A stretch of 64,000 nucleotides of DNA from an uncultured bacterium. GTDB taxonomy: Bacteria; CSSED10-310; CAZUFC01. Location of the stretch: assembly GCA_964619725.1 (NCBI GenBank), contig CAZUFC010000032.1, positions 1 through 64,000 of the forward strand, read 5' to 3'. Made by a program: the position numbers and the translations under genes. How positions within the stretch are numbered: position 1 is the stretch's first letter; each line of letters begins with the position of its first letter. The notes beneath the pieces are model-generated. The model did no database searches. It was not told the DNA's origin and saw only the letters and a list, made by a program, of their open reading frames with translations. This document shows, in pieces, positions 19,704 to 29,535 of this stretch.

Positions 19704-20912
19704 TCAGGCAATTTTTCTGTATTGCCGGCAAGCCTCTTTCTCACCTATTTCCTTGCACCAGAAAGCAATAGATTCAAGGGCATCGCAAACTTTGTCCACA
19801 TCGTTTTCACTCATTTCAGTGGATAAAGGAAGCGCCAGCCCCTGCAGCGTGATTTTTTCCGTTTTAGGCAGGTCGAACTTATGTTTCAAATAATATTCCT
19901 TATAAGCCTTCTGCCAGTGAACGGGCGGATAGAAATATTTTTTCGTTTCAATGTTTTCATCTGCCAGCGACTGGTAGACCTGGTCCCTGTCAATGCCGAA
20001 TTTGTCTTTGTGAATGAATACCACCATATAATTGCCGGAAGGTCGCGTGTTGTCCATAAACTTCTGGAATATAATACCCCGATGGAACTTCAGTCTTCTT
20101 TTGTATTGATGGATAAGTTTTAGCCGGTATCTGACGTTTTCATCCACTTTTTTCATATTTTTCAACGCCATCATGGCATGCAGCTCAGACATCCTGGCAT
20201 TCATTCCCGGAAAAATCGAATCATAGCCGTCTGTAATCCCGTAATTTCTGCCCAGCTTTATCTTTTCGTATAATTCTGTTCTGTTCGTCGTGACCATTCC
20301 GCCTTCGCAACCGGTAACCACCTTCGAAGGACTCAGACTGAAAACTTCCACATCCCCGAAACCGCCGGCTCTTCTTGAGTTATAAACCGCGCCGAAAGCC
20401 TGGGCTGAATCGAAAATGAGTGGCAGCTTATATTTCCAGGCCAGATATTCAAGATTCTGGATATCAGGCGGAACGCCGAAGATGTAAACCGCGATTATGG
20501 CGGAGGTGTTCGAATTAATCCTTCGTTCAACCTCGGAAACATCAATATTGAAAGTTCCCATACTGCAATCTGCGAACTGCGGATTCAGGCCGTTCCAGGT
20601 CAAGGCATGAACGGTGGCGGGAAAAGTGAAACTGGGAACGATCACCTCGCTTCCCTTGGGCAGACCGAGCGCTTTCAACGTCAGCATTAGGCCGCAGGTG
20701 CACGAGGACACGGCGACGGCATGGTTGACGTTTACGTATTCGCAGACTTTACTTTCTAATTTTTCTACGTATTCGCCGGCGGTGAGCTTCCCGGTTTCCA
20801 CGATTTTCATGAAATCGTTCCAGTAAGTAATCGGTTCTTCTAACGTAGGACGCACGATGGGAAGTTTTTGCTGAAAAATTGGTTTACCCCCTAAAATAGC
20901 CGGTTTTCTCAA
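19704..20912 (-). CDS. DegT/DnrJ/EryC1/StrS PLP-dependent sugar aminotransferase
   Basis: VPSFTFPAT, IFDSAQAFG, FSLSPSKVVTGCEGG (catalytic Lys), GMNARMSE; TTG start. Confidence 0.93.
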   Translation of the reverse strand: MRKPAILGGKPIFQQKLPIVRPTLEEPITYWNDFMKIVETGKLTAGEYVEKLESKVCEYVNVNHAVAVSSCTCGLMLTLKALGLPKGSEVIVPSFTFPATVHALTWNGLNPQFADCSMGTFNIDVSEVERRINSNTSAIIAVYIFGVPPDIQNLEYLAWKYKLPLIFDSAQAFGAVYNSRRAGGFGDVEVFSLSPSKVVTGCEGGMVTTNRTELYEKIKLGRNYGITDGYDSIFPGMNARMSELHAMMALKNMKKVDENVRYRLKLIHQYKRRLKFHRGIIFQKFMDNTRPSGNYMVVFIHKDKFGIDRDQVYQSLADENIETKKYFYPPVHWQKAYKEYYLKHKFDLPKTEKITLQGLALPLSTEMSENDVDKVCDALESIAFWCKEIGEKEACRQYRKIA

Positions 20913-21525
20913 GATAAGCCTCCTTCTTGAATCCGAAAAGTAAAAACAGAGTCCTGAAAATAACGAAATAATCGGACATTAAATTTGTTTTCAAAGAATA
21001 CTGTTCATAAAGTTTAAGTTTTTGCGGCAAGATAATTTTGGTATAGCATGATTCGCCGTCGTAATCATCGAAGAGAGAGCCTTCTTCGAAGAAGATGAGT
21101 GAGACGGGATCGGTAATGCCCGGCTTGCAGCGATTCATGAGTTCTTTGAATTGTTGCGGGTAACAGGCGGCAAAACGGGGCACTTCGGGACGAGGGCCGA
21201 CGAGCCGCATATCGCCTTTAATGACGTTGATCAATTGGGGAAGTTCATCGAGTTTTGTTTTTCGCAGCATCCTGCCGATTCTGGTGATTCTGCGGTCTTG
21301 TTCGGATGCGCAGAGAGGACCGTCGCAATCATAAGCCATGCTTCTGAATTTATATATATCGAATATTCGCCGTTTATACCCTACTCTCATTTGTTTAAAG
21401 AAGATGGGACCTTTTGAATCAATCTTGATCAAAACGGCGATAACGAAAAACAAGGGCCAGGTCAACGCCAGTCCGACCAGTGCGATGAAGCGGTCGATGA
21501 CTTCCCTGATGAAGTAATTTTTCAT
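20884..21525 (-). CDS. Initiating phosphoglycosyl transferase (PglC/WcfS-like small monotopic)
   Basis: KFRSM, RITRIGRMLRKTKLDELPQLINVIKGDMRLVGPRPE, KPGIT. Confidence 0.93.
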   Translation of the reverse strand: MKNYFIREVIDRFIALVGLALTWPLFFVIAVLIKIDSKGPIFFKQMRVGYKRRIFDIYKFRSMAYDCDGPLCASEQDRRITRIGRMLRKTKLDELPQLINVIKGDMRLVGPRPEVPRFAACYPQQFKELMNRCKPGITDPVSLIFFEEGSLFDDYDGESCYTKIILPQKLKLYEQYSLKTNLMSDYFVIFRTLFLLFGFKKEAYLEKTGYFRG

Positions 21526-21568
21526 TGAGCCTCCTGTTCGTTTTTGCAGATACTACATTTTAAGTTAA

Positions 21569-22801
21569 TCAAGCAGCATCGGCTGCAGCCTGTTTCTTCA
21601 AGCGAAAAGCAATGCGATCGCTGTATTTTTTTGAGAGCCTTTTCTGCTGGATACTCAGCATTTCGTTGGACAGAGTTCTGGTGGCGGTCATGCTGTTGAA
21701 ATATTCATCCACCTGCGACCAGTCCACGTTTTTATGCCTTTCCGGATCATAAAACTCTGTTCCGGGATAAGGGGCCAGGATGGTGAATCCGACCATATCG
21801 GGTTTAATTTCATCGACAAGCTTTTCGGTCATATAAATATCTTCCATTGTTTCTTCAGGCATTCCCAGAAGGATATAAGCGCGTCTGAAGAAACCCATTT
21901 CTCGCGTCAGCTTGAATACGGATTTGATCATGGGAATGCTGATGTTCTTATTCATGTGTTCAAGTATTTTCGGACTGCCGCTTTCGACGCCTATCCAAAG
22001 TTCTCTGCATCCGGCCTCTTTCATGTGGTTGAGCAGGTCGGGTTTCGCCGTATCGACCCTGATATTGCATCCCCAGGAAGCTTGGTCTCCTGATCTAATT
22101 TTCAAGCTGCAGAATTCATGGATATTTTTCGGTTTAAGCGTCAATGTATCATCGGCGAATTTAATAAAATCGATGTTGAGGTCAGAGGTGACCTTCTGGA
22201 ACTCCTCGAAAATATTCTCCGGCGAACGGAAACGAGCTTTCCGGGACCATACGGACCGGCTGGCGCAAAAGGAACATTTAAAAGGGCAGCCGCGACCAGC
22301 CAGTATGCTTGCGATTCTGTATCCGTTGTCTTTAAAGGCCGTGCGAATATTGCGCTCCTGTTTTATCAGAATCCTGTCGGAGAACGGAATATCGTCGGGA
22401 TTCTTAATATAATCGCGCTGCACAATGCCTTTAAGCTTCTTTTCCACGATTTCTATAAAGGCCTTTTCGCCCTCGCCCTTGACGACGGTATCCACGACCG
22501 GATGATTCAACGTCTCTTCGGGAAGGGCCGATGCGTGCACTCCTCCGAAAACGATTAGATTCTTATTTGTTTTTATTTTTTCAGCCAGCTGCAGCGCATG
22601 ACGCATCTGAGGCGAGGTACAGGAAAAGCCGATCACGTCGGCATCTTTACAGCCTTCAATAATCTGCCGGTCGTCATCGTAGAAGCCGCTGAAAAATTCT
22701 ATATCGGAATGACCGTTCTTTTTCAGGGCAGCTCCGAGATAGCCCAGATTAAGCGCTTCCCAGGTATGAAAAGTTTTCGGTTGTATTAATGCTGTTTTCA
22801 T
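21569..22801 (-). CDS. Cobalamin-binding radical SAM protein
   Basis: N-terminal B12-binding domain (LGYLGAAL, VIGFS, FGGVHAS, VKGEGE); GRGCPFKCSFC; GVESGS. Confidence 0.92.
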   Translation of the reverse strand: MKTALIQPKTFHTWEALNLGYLGAALKKNGHSDIEFFSGFYDDDRQIIEGCKDADVIGFSCTSPQMRHALQLAEKIKTNKNLIVFGGVHASALPEETLNHPVVDTVVKGEGEKAFIEIVEKKLKGIVQRDYIKNPDDIPFSDRILIKQERNIRTAFKDNGYRIASILAGRGCPFKCSFCASRSVWSRKARFRSPENIFEEFQKVTSDLNIDFIKFADDTLTLKPKNIHEFCSLKIRSGDQASWGCNIRVDTAKPDLLNHMKEAGCRELWIGVESGSPKILEHMNKNISIPMIKSVFKLTREMGFFRRAYILLGMPEETMEDIYMTEKLVDEIKPDMVGFTILAPYPGTEFYDPERHKNVDWSQVDEYFNSMTATRTLSNEMLSIQQKRLSKKYSDRIAFRLKKQAAADAA

Positions 22802-22822
22802 TCAAAACCACCTTCATTATGA

Positions 22823-23953
22823 TTATCTTACAGGCTCCCAGGTCGGTTTCTTCTGCCCCTGGAGAGCTTTCATCACTCCTAAAGCAGCCCCCAGATTAAC
22901 GACGCAGAAGTAATAGGGAATCTTCAGGAATCTGCTTTTCGTCACCCTTAATTCAGTTATGAGCGCTGCGGTATAAAAGAGAACCTGAAAAGCCATGGTA
23001 AAGTTATAAAAATTCTGACCGATGAGCCTCACGTTGAGCAGAAAAACGGTCGGCAGGAGAAAAGGTATCATCCAGCGCAGCAGTCGATGTGATGCCAGTA
23101 TCCACGAGTGAACCGGATAGCGGAAAGGATTGAGCAGGACGGCGTTGCTGAGAATAGAGGATAATTCCCGCATGGCTCCCCTGGATTTGATTTTTATTTC
23201 GCCCGCAGCCGTTGAAGCTGAACGCTCGTAAGCCGTCGCCTCCTTTTCATATACCACCCGATAACCTTTGCGATTGACTTGAAGCGGTGAAACGCTGTCA
23301 TCGGGTTGATAGGGTTCCACGTACGTCCACAAATTTTTCCTTATGGCGTAAAAAGGACCGCTGACGAAAAGAAGTCTTCCTAACCGCCCTTCCTGCTCCT
23401 TTAAAAACTCCTCGTACTTCCAATAGATCGATTCGTTTTCACTGATCAACGATTCATCGAAATTCGTATACTTGAGTTGTCCGCATACAGCGCCGACCCG
23501 ATCGTCGTTGAAATTACGGATTATCTTTTTAAGAGCATCCGGCTCCAATAAAGTCGTGGCATCGGTCAAAACGATAATTTCACTGTTTTCAGCGGGTATA
23601 AGCTTGTTCAACATAGCGCTCTTGCCTTGTCTGCGTTCCTGGCGAAACAACCTGATGCCTTTGTCCGCATATTTTTCGGCTAATTCATCGGTGCCGTCGT
23701 CGGAAGCATCGGAAGCCACTATGACCTTCATTTTTTCGGAAGGATAATCCAGTCTCAGAGTATTTTTCAGTTTATCCTCGATGATCTTCGCTTCGTTATA
23801 CGCCGGTATGATCATCGTTATTTCCTTCAATTCATCTCCCCGGCGAATTTTAAACGGAAAGAGCTCCGCTAAGATTCTGAGAATCACGGGATAGAAAAAG
23901 TATACGTAGAGCATACAGGCTATGCATAGCCAGAAAAGTGCAACGAATATCAT
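22823..23953 (-). CDS. Glycosyltransferase family 2 with TM helices
   Basis: IIPAYNE, SDASDDGT, GKS, LTDA, SGPFYAIRK. Confidence 0.9.
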   Translation of the reverse strand: MIFVALFWLCIACMLYVYFFYPVILRILAELFPFKIRRGDELKEITMIIPAYNEAKIIEDKLKNTLRLDYPSEKMKVIVASDASDDGTDELAEKYADKGIRLFRQERRQGKSAMLNKLIPAENSEIIVLTDATTLLEPDALKKIIRNFNDDRVGAVCGQLKYTNFDESLISENESIYWKYEEFLKEQEGRLGRLLFVSGPFYAIRKNLWTYVEPYQPDDSVSPLQVNRKGYRVVYEKEATAYERSASTAAGEIKIKSRGAMRELSSILSNAVLLNPFRYPVHSWILASHRLLRWMIPFLLPTVFLLNVRLIGQNFYNFTMAFQVLFYTAALITELRVTKSRFLKIPYYFCVVNLGAALGVMKALQGQKKPTWEPVR

Positions 23954-25785
23954 TTTCCTTCTCCTGTTTCAGTGATGAAGGGCCCCATGGCGAGAGTATC
24001 CACGCTTCCCTGCTGATAGGCTTTAACTGCGTCCTGAGGGGAGCATACGATGGGTTCTTCATGAATATTGAAACTGGTGTTGATGAGCAAGGGCAAGCCG
24101 CTTTTTTTCTTGTATTCCGACAGGACGGCGTGATAAGAGGGGTTCTGATCTTTATTAACGGCCTGGGGTCTTGCGGTGCCGTCGATGTGAGACACCGCGG
24201 GCGCTTTTTCGATGAATTCGGGTTCGACGTCGAAAGTAATGGTCATAAAAGATGCCGTATGCCTGCATTTGTCGAAACCCCGGTAAACCTTATCCGCGTC
24301 TTCTTCCAGTATGGAAGGAGCAAAAGGCATGAATTCAGTCCTCTTCAATCTTTTGTTCAACCAGTCATTGATCCGGGCATCCTGCGGATCGGCCAGAATG
24401 CTTCTGTTTCCGAGCGCTCGCGGCCCATATTCCATTCTTCCTGTGAATCTGCCGACTATTTTGCCCTTCGATACCAGTTCAGCAATATCTTTTTCCGGAT
24501 ACTTCGCCTTCCTGAATTTAATGCCGGCATCCTCCAGGGCTTTAGCCATATCCCTTTCCGTATATTCCGGCCCGAAATATACGTCCTTTAATTTCATCCC
24601 TTTGAAGAGACTTCCTTCTTCCCTGCAGATATGCGCGTGCCATTCCATAGCTCCGCCCAACGCCAGTCCTCCGTCACCCATATCGGGATGCACGAAAACC
24701 GTATCGACTGAATCCAGCTCCGCAATCTTCTGGTTTATCTTGACGTTGGCGAACAGGCCGCCGGCCAGAGCCACCTTTTTTATCCCTGTCGCCCTGGCCA
24801 ATACGCCCACATGACGGGCCGCCAGGTCCTCCATTCTTTTCTGAAGGGCCGCAGAGATATCCTCTCTGGAGTGTCCCTTGAGTCTCTTCTCGAGGTGCTG
24901 GAATAATCTTCCCTGAACAGTTGAAAATATGGGTATGCCCCGCATCATGGTTCGCAGGGAATAGAGATAACGCTGCATGGCGTATTCGGCGCCGAATCCA
25001 TAAGTGAACTCATATCCGTTGTCCGTCAACTGCAAAGCTTCTTCGAAAACATCGTAGCATTCATCAGGGTCACCATAGGCCGCCAGTCCGGTAATTTTTC
25101 CCTCATGCCGATTTCTTTTGAATCCCAGCAGCCAGGTAACCGCGCTGTAAACATAACCCGGGGAATACATCATAGGGGTGGAAGAAATACGTCTCAGCGA
25201 ACCGTTTTCTCCGATCCACGCTGTGGCCGCACACCCGTCGCCGGCTCCGTCAATCGCAACGATCAGACAACGGTCTGAAAACCCGGAGGTATAATAAGCG
25301 CTGGCCGCATGACACAGATGATGGTCGAGATGATAAATGGGAACTCCGCTCAACCCCAGGTATGACAAAGCATCGCCCAGTTTTTCATTCCCGTAACGGG
25401 TAATCTGCTTTTTGTACAGGTCCGAACTCGCCATCATGGGAACAATTTCCAACAGTTTCATCAAACGATAATGAAGCGGCGCCTGAGAAAAATCCACTCC
25501 GCCGCCGTTGCGTTTCATAACGGCCCGCAGAACGGAGGGTCTGACGTATGGAAAACTGCAACTGGGCACAATGATCGCTTCCACCTCTTCAGGTTCCACC
25601 CCACCCAGGGACAGGCATTTTTCAACAGCCTTATATGGGAATCCCGTGTGGAATTTGATCCTGCTTAATCTCTCTTCAGCAATCGCTGCCGCCGGCCGGC
25701 CGTTGATCAGCAGTGCGGCCGTCCCGTCGTGATCTGGATGGATGCCGAGTATTATACGATCCGAATTATTTTTCTTGTTGGTCAA
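23950..25785 (-). CDS. O-carbamoyltransferase (NodU/CmcH/TobZ family)
   Basis: HDGTAALL, EERLSRIK, DHHLCHAASAYY, IDGAGD, HEGKITGLAAYG, MEYGPRALGNRS, INTSFNIHEEPIV. Confidence 0.95.
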   Translation of the reverse strand: MTNKKNNSDRIILGIHPDHDGTAALLINGRPAAAIAEERLSRIKFHTGFPYKAVEKCLSLGGVEPEEVEAIIVPSCSFPYVRPSVLRAVMKRNGGGVDFSQAPLHYRLMKLLEIVPMMASSDLYKKQITRYGNEKLGDALSYLGLSGVPIYHLDHHLCHAASAYYTSGFSDRCLIVAIDGAGDGCAATAWIGENGSLRRISSTPMMYSPGYVYSAVTWLLGFKRNRHEGKITGLAAYGDPDECYDVFEEALQLTDNGYEFTYGFGAEYAMQRYLYSLRTMMRGIPIFSTVQGRLFQHLEKRLKGHSREDISAALQKRMEDLAARHVGVLARATGIKKVALAGGLFANVKINQKIAELDSVDTVFVHPDMGDGGLALGGAMEWHAHICREEGSLFKGMKLKDVYFGPEYTERDMAKALEDAGIKFRKAKYPEKDIAELVSKGKIVGRFTGRMEYGPRALGNRSILADPQDARINDWLNKRLKRTEFMPFAPSILEEDADKVYRGFDKCRHTASFMTITFDVEPEFIEKAPAVSHIDGTARPQAVNKDQNPSYHAVLSEYKKKSGLPLLINTSFNIHEEPIVCSPQDAVKAYQQGSVDTLAMGPFITETGEGK

Positions 25786-25820
25786 TAGCCCCTACCTCCT
25801 TCGTGTTCAGCCGAAATCCT

Positions 25821-27098
25821 TCAAGCCGCCCTGTTCAGCAGAACTCTCGATTCCGGAACTTTATGCAGTTTTTCTATGATGTCGTTATAAGAATTCATCA
25901 ATCTTTTTTCATCATAAACGGAAGCTTTGGCCGCAGCATTTCGCCCCAAATGCAAACGCAGCTTCTTGTTGCGGCACAACTCACCGATAGCCAGATCAAA
26001 CCGCTCCAGGTCATCCTCTATGAATGCATCCTCAGCATGACTGACTTCATAACCGCGGAATCCCATACTCGTGGATACCACCGGCATTCCCGCAGCCATG
26101 GCTTCGATGACTTTCAGCTTGGTTCCGCCTCCGCTGAAACACGGATAAACATAAATGTCTGCAGCCGCATAATATTCGTTTATATCGTCCGTTCTTTCAA
26201 TTAAAGAGACCGATCTCAAAAGATCGTCAGATTGTAATTTCTTGCCTGTCGCCTCAGCCACTCCGCCTACCAGAAATAAATGAACGTCAGGATAATGCGT
26301 CCTCAAACTGGGAAGTATCTTACGTATTATGTCTTCCGCAGCTTGAACGTTGTGGAACATATCGGACCCTGAAAACATCAATGCGATATCAGCATCTTTC
26401 AAAGAATATTTTCTTCTTAAATCATAGTTTTTAGTCCTGGGGTATATTTTCTCGGTATCGACGCCGTTAGGTATGACGGTCAGCTTGCTTTCAGGCGTCC
26501 CGTACCGGATGAACTCCCGCTTGTCCTCTTCGCACATGCATACTACGGCATCGCAATTCAGCAGCGCTTCTTTCTCCATTTTATTGACCGATTCCATAAT
26601 TCTCCCTGTTCTCCGTGCTGATCTGCATGTTTTTTCGAGTTTTTGCCGATATCGGTCCGTAACGACGTCGTGAGCCGTAAATATCGCGGGAATGTCAACT
26701 CCGCTTTTGAGGAAGGGCGGAACCGCCCACATGTTCTCCAGTATAACGACGTCAGTTTTGCGAGCCTCTATTATCCGTTTCAGGCTTTCGGCATACGAAC
26801 GAAACGGAAAATCTTTCGCTTTGATATAATCGTATAATCGCATCCCGCTGAAGACGCGTTTCCAGAGAGTTTCCATCAATACGCGTGAGCTGACGGCGTG
26901 ATTGCTGACATTAATATGCATATCGCTCGGCGCGAAAGCTCTCGATTTTACGTCATATTGAAACAGATCGACCTTGTGGCCGCACCTGATCAATGCATCC
27001 AGCATGGACCTTATGCGCATAACGTTTCCGTTGCCTCGGGCGGGATGTGCAAAAAGGTTATAAGCATTAACAACCAGAATATTCATTTCTAACCTCAC
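25821..27098 (-). CDS. Glycosyltransferase family 4 (start may be 27086)
   Basis: HDV, VIPNGVD, GTKLKVIEAMAAGMPVVST. Confidence 0.9.
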   Translation of the reverse strand: MRLEMNILVVNAYNLFAHPARGNGNVMRIRSMLDALIRCGHKVDLFQYDVKSRAFAPSDMHINVSNHAVSSRVLMETLWKRVFSGMRLYDYIKAKDFPFRSYAESLKRIIEARKTDVVILENMWAVPPFLKSGVDIPAIFTAHDVVTDRYRQKLEKTCRSARRTGRIMESVNKMEKEALLNCDAVVCMCEEDKREFIRYGTPESKLTVIPNGVDTEKIYPRTKNYDLRRKYSLKDADIALMFSGSDMFHNVQAAEDIIRKILPSLRTHYPDVHLFLVGGVAEATGKKLQSDDLLRSVSLIERTDDINEYYAAADIYVYPCFSGGGTKLKVIEAMAAGMPVVSTSMGFRGYEVSHAEDAFIEDDLERFDLAIGELCRNKKLRLHLGRNAAAKASVYDEKRLMNSYNDIIEKLHKVPESRVLLNRAA

Positions 27099-28314
27099 TC
27101 ATTGAGTTTTTTGACAGGATTCCTAATAAAAGATCATGTATTTTTTTAATGATGCTGTCCCAAGTATATTCCCGAAGAGCCTCCAATTTTTCTTCTTTAT
27201 GCTGAACAGCGTCCGAATTTTTATGAACTATACCGCCTATGATTTCCTCAAACCGTTCGGGCGAATCGGCTATATTTATTAATCTCTCAAATGGCTTTGC
27301 TCCTTTCACGGCGGAAGATATCACCGGAATGCCTGAAGCGATGTATTCGAATAATTTCAGAGGGCTTTGAGTTCTGGTGAGTGAATTATCCTTATGAGGG
27401 AGCCATAAAACATCGCAATTTTTCATGTAGCAGGGAATTTCCGCGTGCGATTTCAAACCCAGAAAAACGACATTTTGCAGTTTTTCCAATTTTTTCCGTG
27501 AGCCTGAGCTTAAACCGACCTGTCCTACGAACAGGAAAGACCATTCGGGATGCTTTTCAGCCAGCAGTCGGATCAACCGGATATCCAGTTTATCGGTAAT
27601 GCCGCCGCAGTAACCGATGATGGGACGCGAAATGTTTTTCATATCTTTCGGCATTATCTGATTATGCTTGCCGGCGAATAAATCAAGGTCGACGCCATTG
27701 GGTGCGATCCTTATATTTGAATTCTTCTTGCTCAGTTTTTCGGCCGCGTAAGCTGTCTGAACCAGGGTCAAATCCGACTGTCTGATCCAGAAATCGTCCA
27801 TTCCGGTCACCCATCTTTTTATTCCTTTGCCTTTTCCGTAAAGTTCAGGGAAATCTTCCGTACGATCGTAGATGACGGGGAGATTTAAATCACGCTTCAA
27901 GGCTTGGGGAACGAAAGGATGCGTCACCCAGAGCACTGCCGGCGAAAGCGCTGTTTTTGCGGCGATTTTTCTTGTTGATGCCGCCAGGCATTTTGATTCC
28001 ATCAGGAAATTGAATTTCTGCATTCGATAATCGTTCAATCTCGGCAGTAAAACGACCGGCGTCCAAACATAAACGTCGCCTTTTCGGACCAGTGCGCCCT
28101 GTTCCAAGTATCTCCTCCAGTAACCGCTGATTTTAGGATGCGCTTTTCCCGCCAGGGTTTTGACCAGGGAAACCAATGTAAGCGGATGCTCGACATAGAG
28201 AATTTTCCCGATATCGCTTCTTTCAGCCAATCCTTCCATAATTCTCTGGCGACGTCTTCTCTGAGCATCCCATTGATCGCCGAAGCAGATTATATCGTAT
28301 CTCTTACGGTTCAT
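27067..28314 (-). CDS. GT-B glycosyltransferase (GT4-like, TuaH-like)
   Basis: IYDRTEDF, APNGVD, IIGYCG, SPLKLFEYIASGIPVIS. Confidence 0.88.
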   Translation of the reverse strand: MNRKRYDIICFGDQWDAQRRRRQRIMEGLAERSDIGKILYVEHPLTLVSLVKTLAGKAHPKISGYWRRYLEQGALVRKGDVYVWTPVVLLPRLNDYRMQKFNFLMESKCLAASTRKIAAKTALSPAVLWVTHPFVPQALKRDLNLPVIYDRTEDFPELYGKGKGIKRWVTGMDDFWIRQSDLTLVQTAYAAEKLSKKNSNIRIAPNGVDLDLFAGKHNQIMPKDMKNISRPIIGYCGGITDKLDIRLIRLLAEKHPEWSFLFVGQVGLSSGSRKKLEKLQNVVFLGLKSHAEIPCYMKNCDVLWLPHKDNSLTRTQSPLKLFEYIASGIPVISSAVKGAKPFERLINIADSPERFEEIIGGIVHKNSDAVQHKEEKLEALREYTWDSIIKKIHDLLLGILSKNSMSEVRNEYSGC

Positions 28315-29519
28315 TATGCTGCCTCTCTCACGCAGGAGACCGATTCGTAAATTTCAGTCATTGCCTGCAAGACTTTAACCGTATCAATACCTTTCATGCA
28401 TTCGCCGCTTCCGCAAGATATTCCGTCGAAGGTATAACAGGGCGAACAGGCGAAGTCTGATGCGACGATTTTGAAATGAGCTCCCCAGGGATGATTTTTT
28501 TCCGGCCTGGTCGGTCCGAAAACGGCCGTCACAGGTAAGTTGACTGCAGCGGCCAGGTGCATGAAGCCGCTGTCGTTCGTTAAAGCTAAATCGCATTTTT
28601 CAAGCAGCGCCCCTACAGTCGCAGGCTTCATCCGCTTTATGAAGCGATACGAACGGCTACAGCTGACCTTCTCTAATAGTTCCGGACTCTCTTCATTCCC
28701 GGCGAAAAGCGCTATTTCGCCGCCGAACCTCTCTCTGAAAGCGTCGGCAGTTTCTACAAAACGGTCCAGAGGCCAGATTTTCTGATGCCAGGCGGCCTTT
28801 GCTCCCGTATGAACCGCCAATATCGGACCGCGACCGCTTAAACCCTGCTCCTCCAGAATTCTTGCAGCCCTCTCCCTTTCCTCTTCGGGAACAACAAAAT
28901 CAATATTCTTATCGAGCTGCGCGATGTCGATATCTCTTTTCAGCACATATTTTATTATTTCCAGGTTTTGTATGACTTCATGACGATTCAGAACGCCTTT
29001 TTCGATCCAGGTATCCAGGAAATGAACCGGGCCTGTCCGGCGGCCTATCCGATAAGGGATACCCGTGGCCGCCGCCCAGAATGAATTCTTGGAAGAACGC
29101 TCATACAGAGTTGAGATGCAAAGATCAAAATTCCTCTCTTTGAAATATTCGCGGAAAAATTTAACGCCGGAGAAAAGTCGTAATTCAGGGACCTTCTTCT
29201 CCAGGATGATTTCATCCACGGCTGGACATAAGGATAAAACCTGCTTCACGTTTTCATCCGATGCCAGCAGCGTGAGCGATGCCTGCGGAAGGAATTCTTT
29301 TAACGTCTGAAGCGCGGGGGTGAGCAGGAGAGCGGAACCCATGCCCTGATTGTAAGCCAGGATGAGGATATTTTTTACTTTGCAGGGATCATAGGAGATT
29401 CTTCGGATGCATTTTAACGGATAGCATAGGATTGAAACCGGAATTGAAGCGAGAGTCAAAAGCGAATCTTTATCAAAATATTGAAGCGATTCGGTGATTT
29501 TTTTTCTGATCTTTTTCAT
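28314..29519 (-). CDS. Glycosyltransferase family 9 (heptosyltransferase-like)
   Basis: GMGSALLLTPALQTLK, AVHTGA, KIWP, TNDSGFMHLAAA, VFGPT, CSPC. Confidence 0.9.
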   Translation of the reverse strand: MKKIRKKITESLQYFDKDSLLTLASIPVSILCYPLKCIRRISYDPCKVKNILILAYNQGMGSALLLTPALQTLKEFLPQASLTLLASDENVKQVLSLCPAVDEIILEKKVPELRLFSGVKFFREYFKERNFDLCISTLYERSSKNSFWAAATGIPYRIGRRTGPVHFLDTWIEKGVLNRHEVIQNLEIIKYVLKRDIDIAQLDKNIDFVVPEEERERAARILEEQGLSGRGPILAVHTGAKAAWHQKIWPLDRFVETADAFRERFGGEIALFAGNEESPELLEKVSCSRSYRFIKRMKPATVGALLEKCDLALTNDSGFMHLAAAVNLPVTAVFGPTRPEKNHPWGAHFKIVASDFACSPCYTFDGISCGSGECMKGIDTVKVLQAMTEIYESVSCVREAA

Positions 29520-29535
29520 CTTTTTTTGTTTCAGT

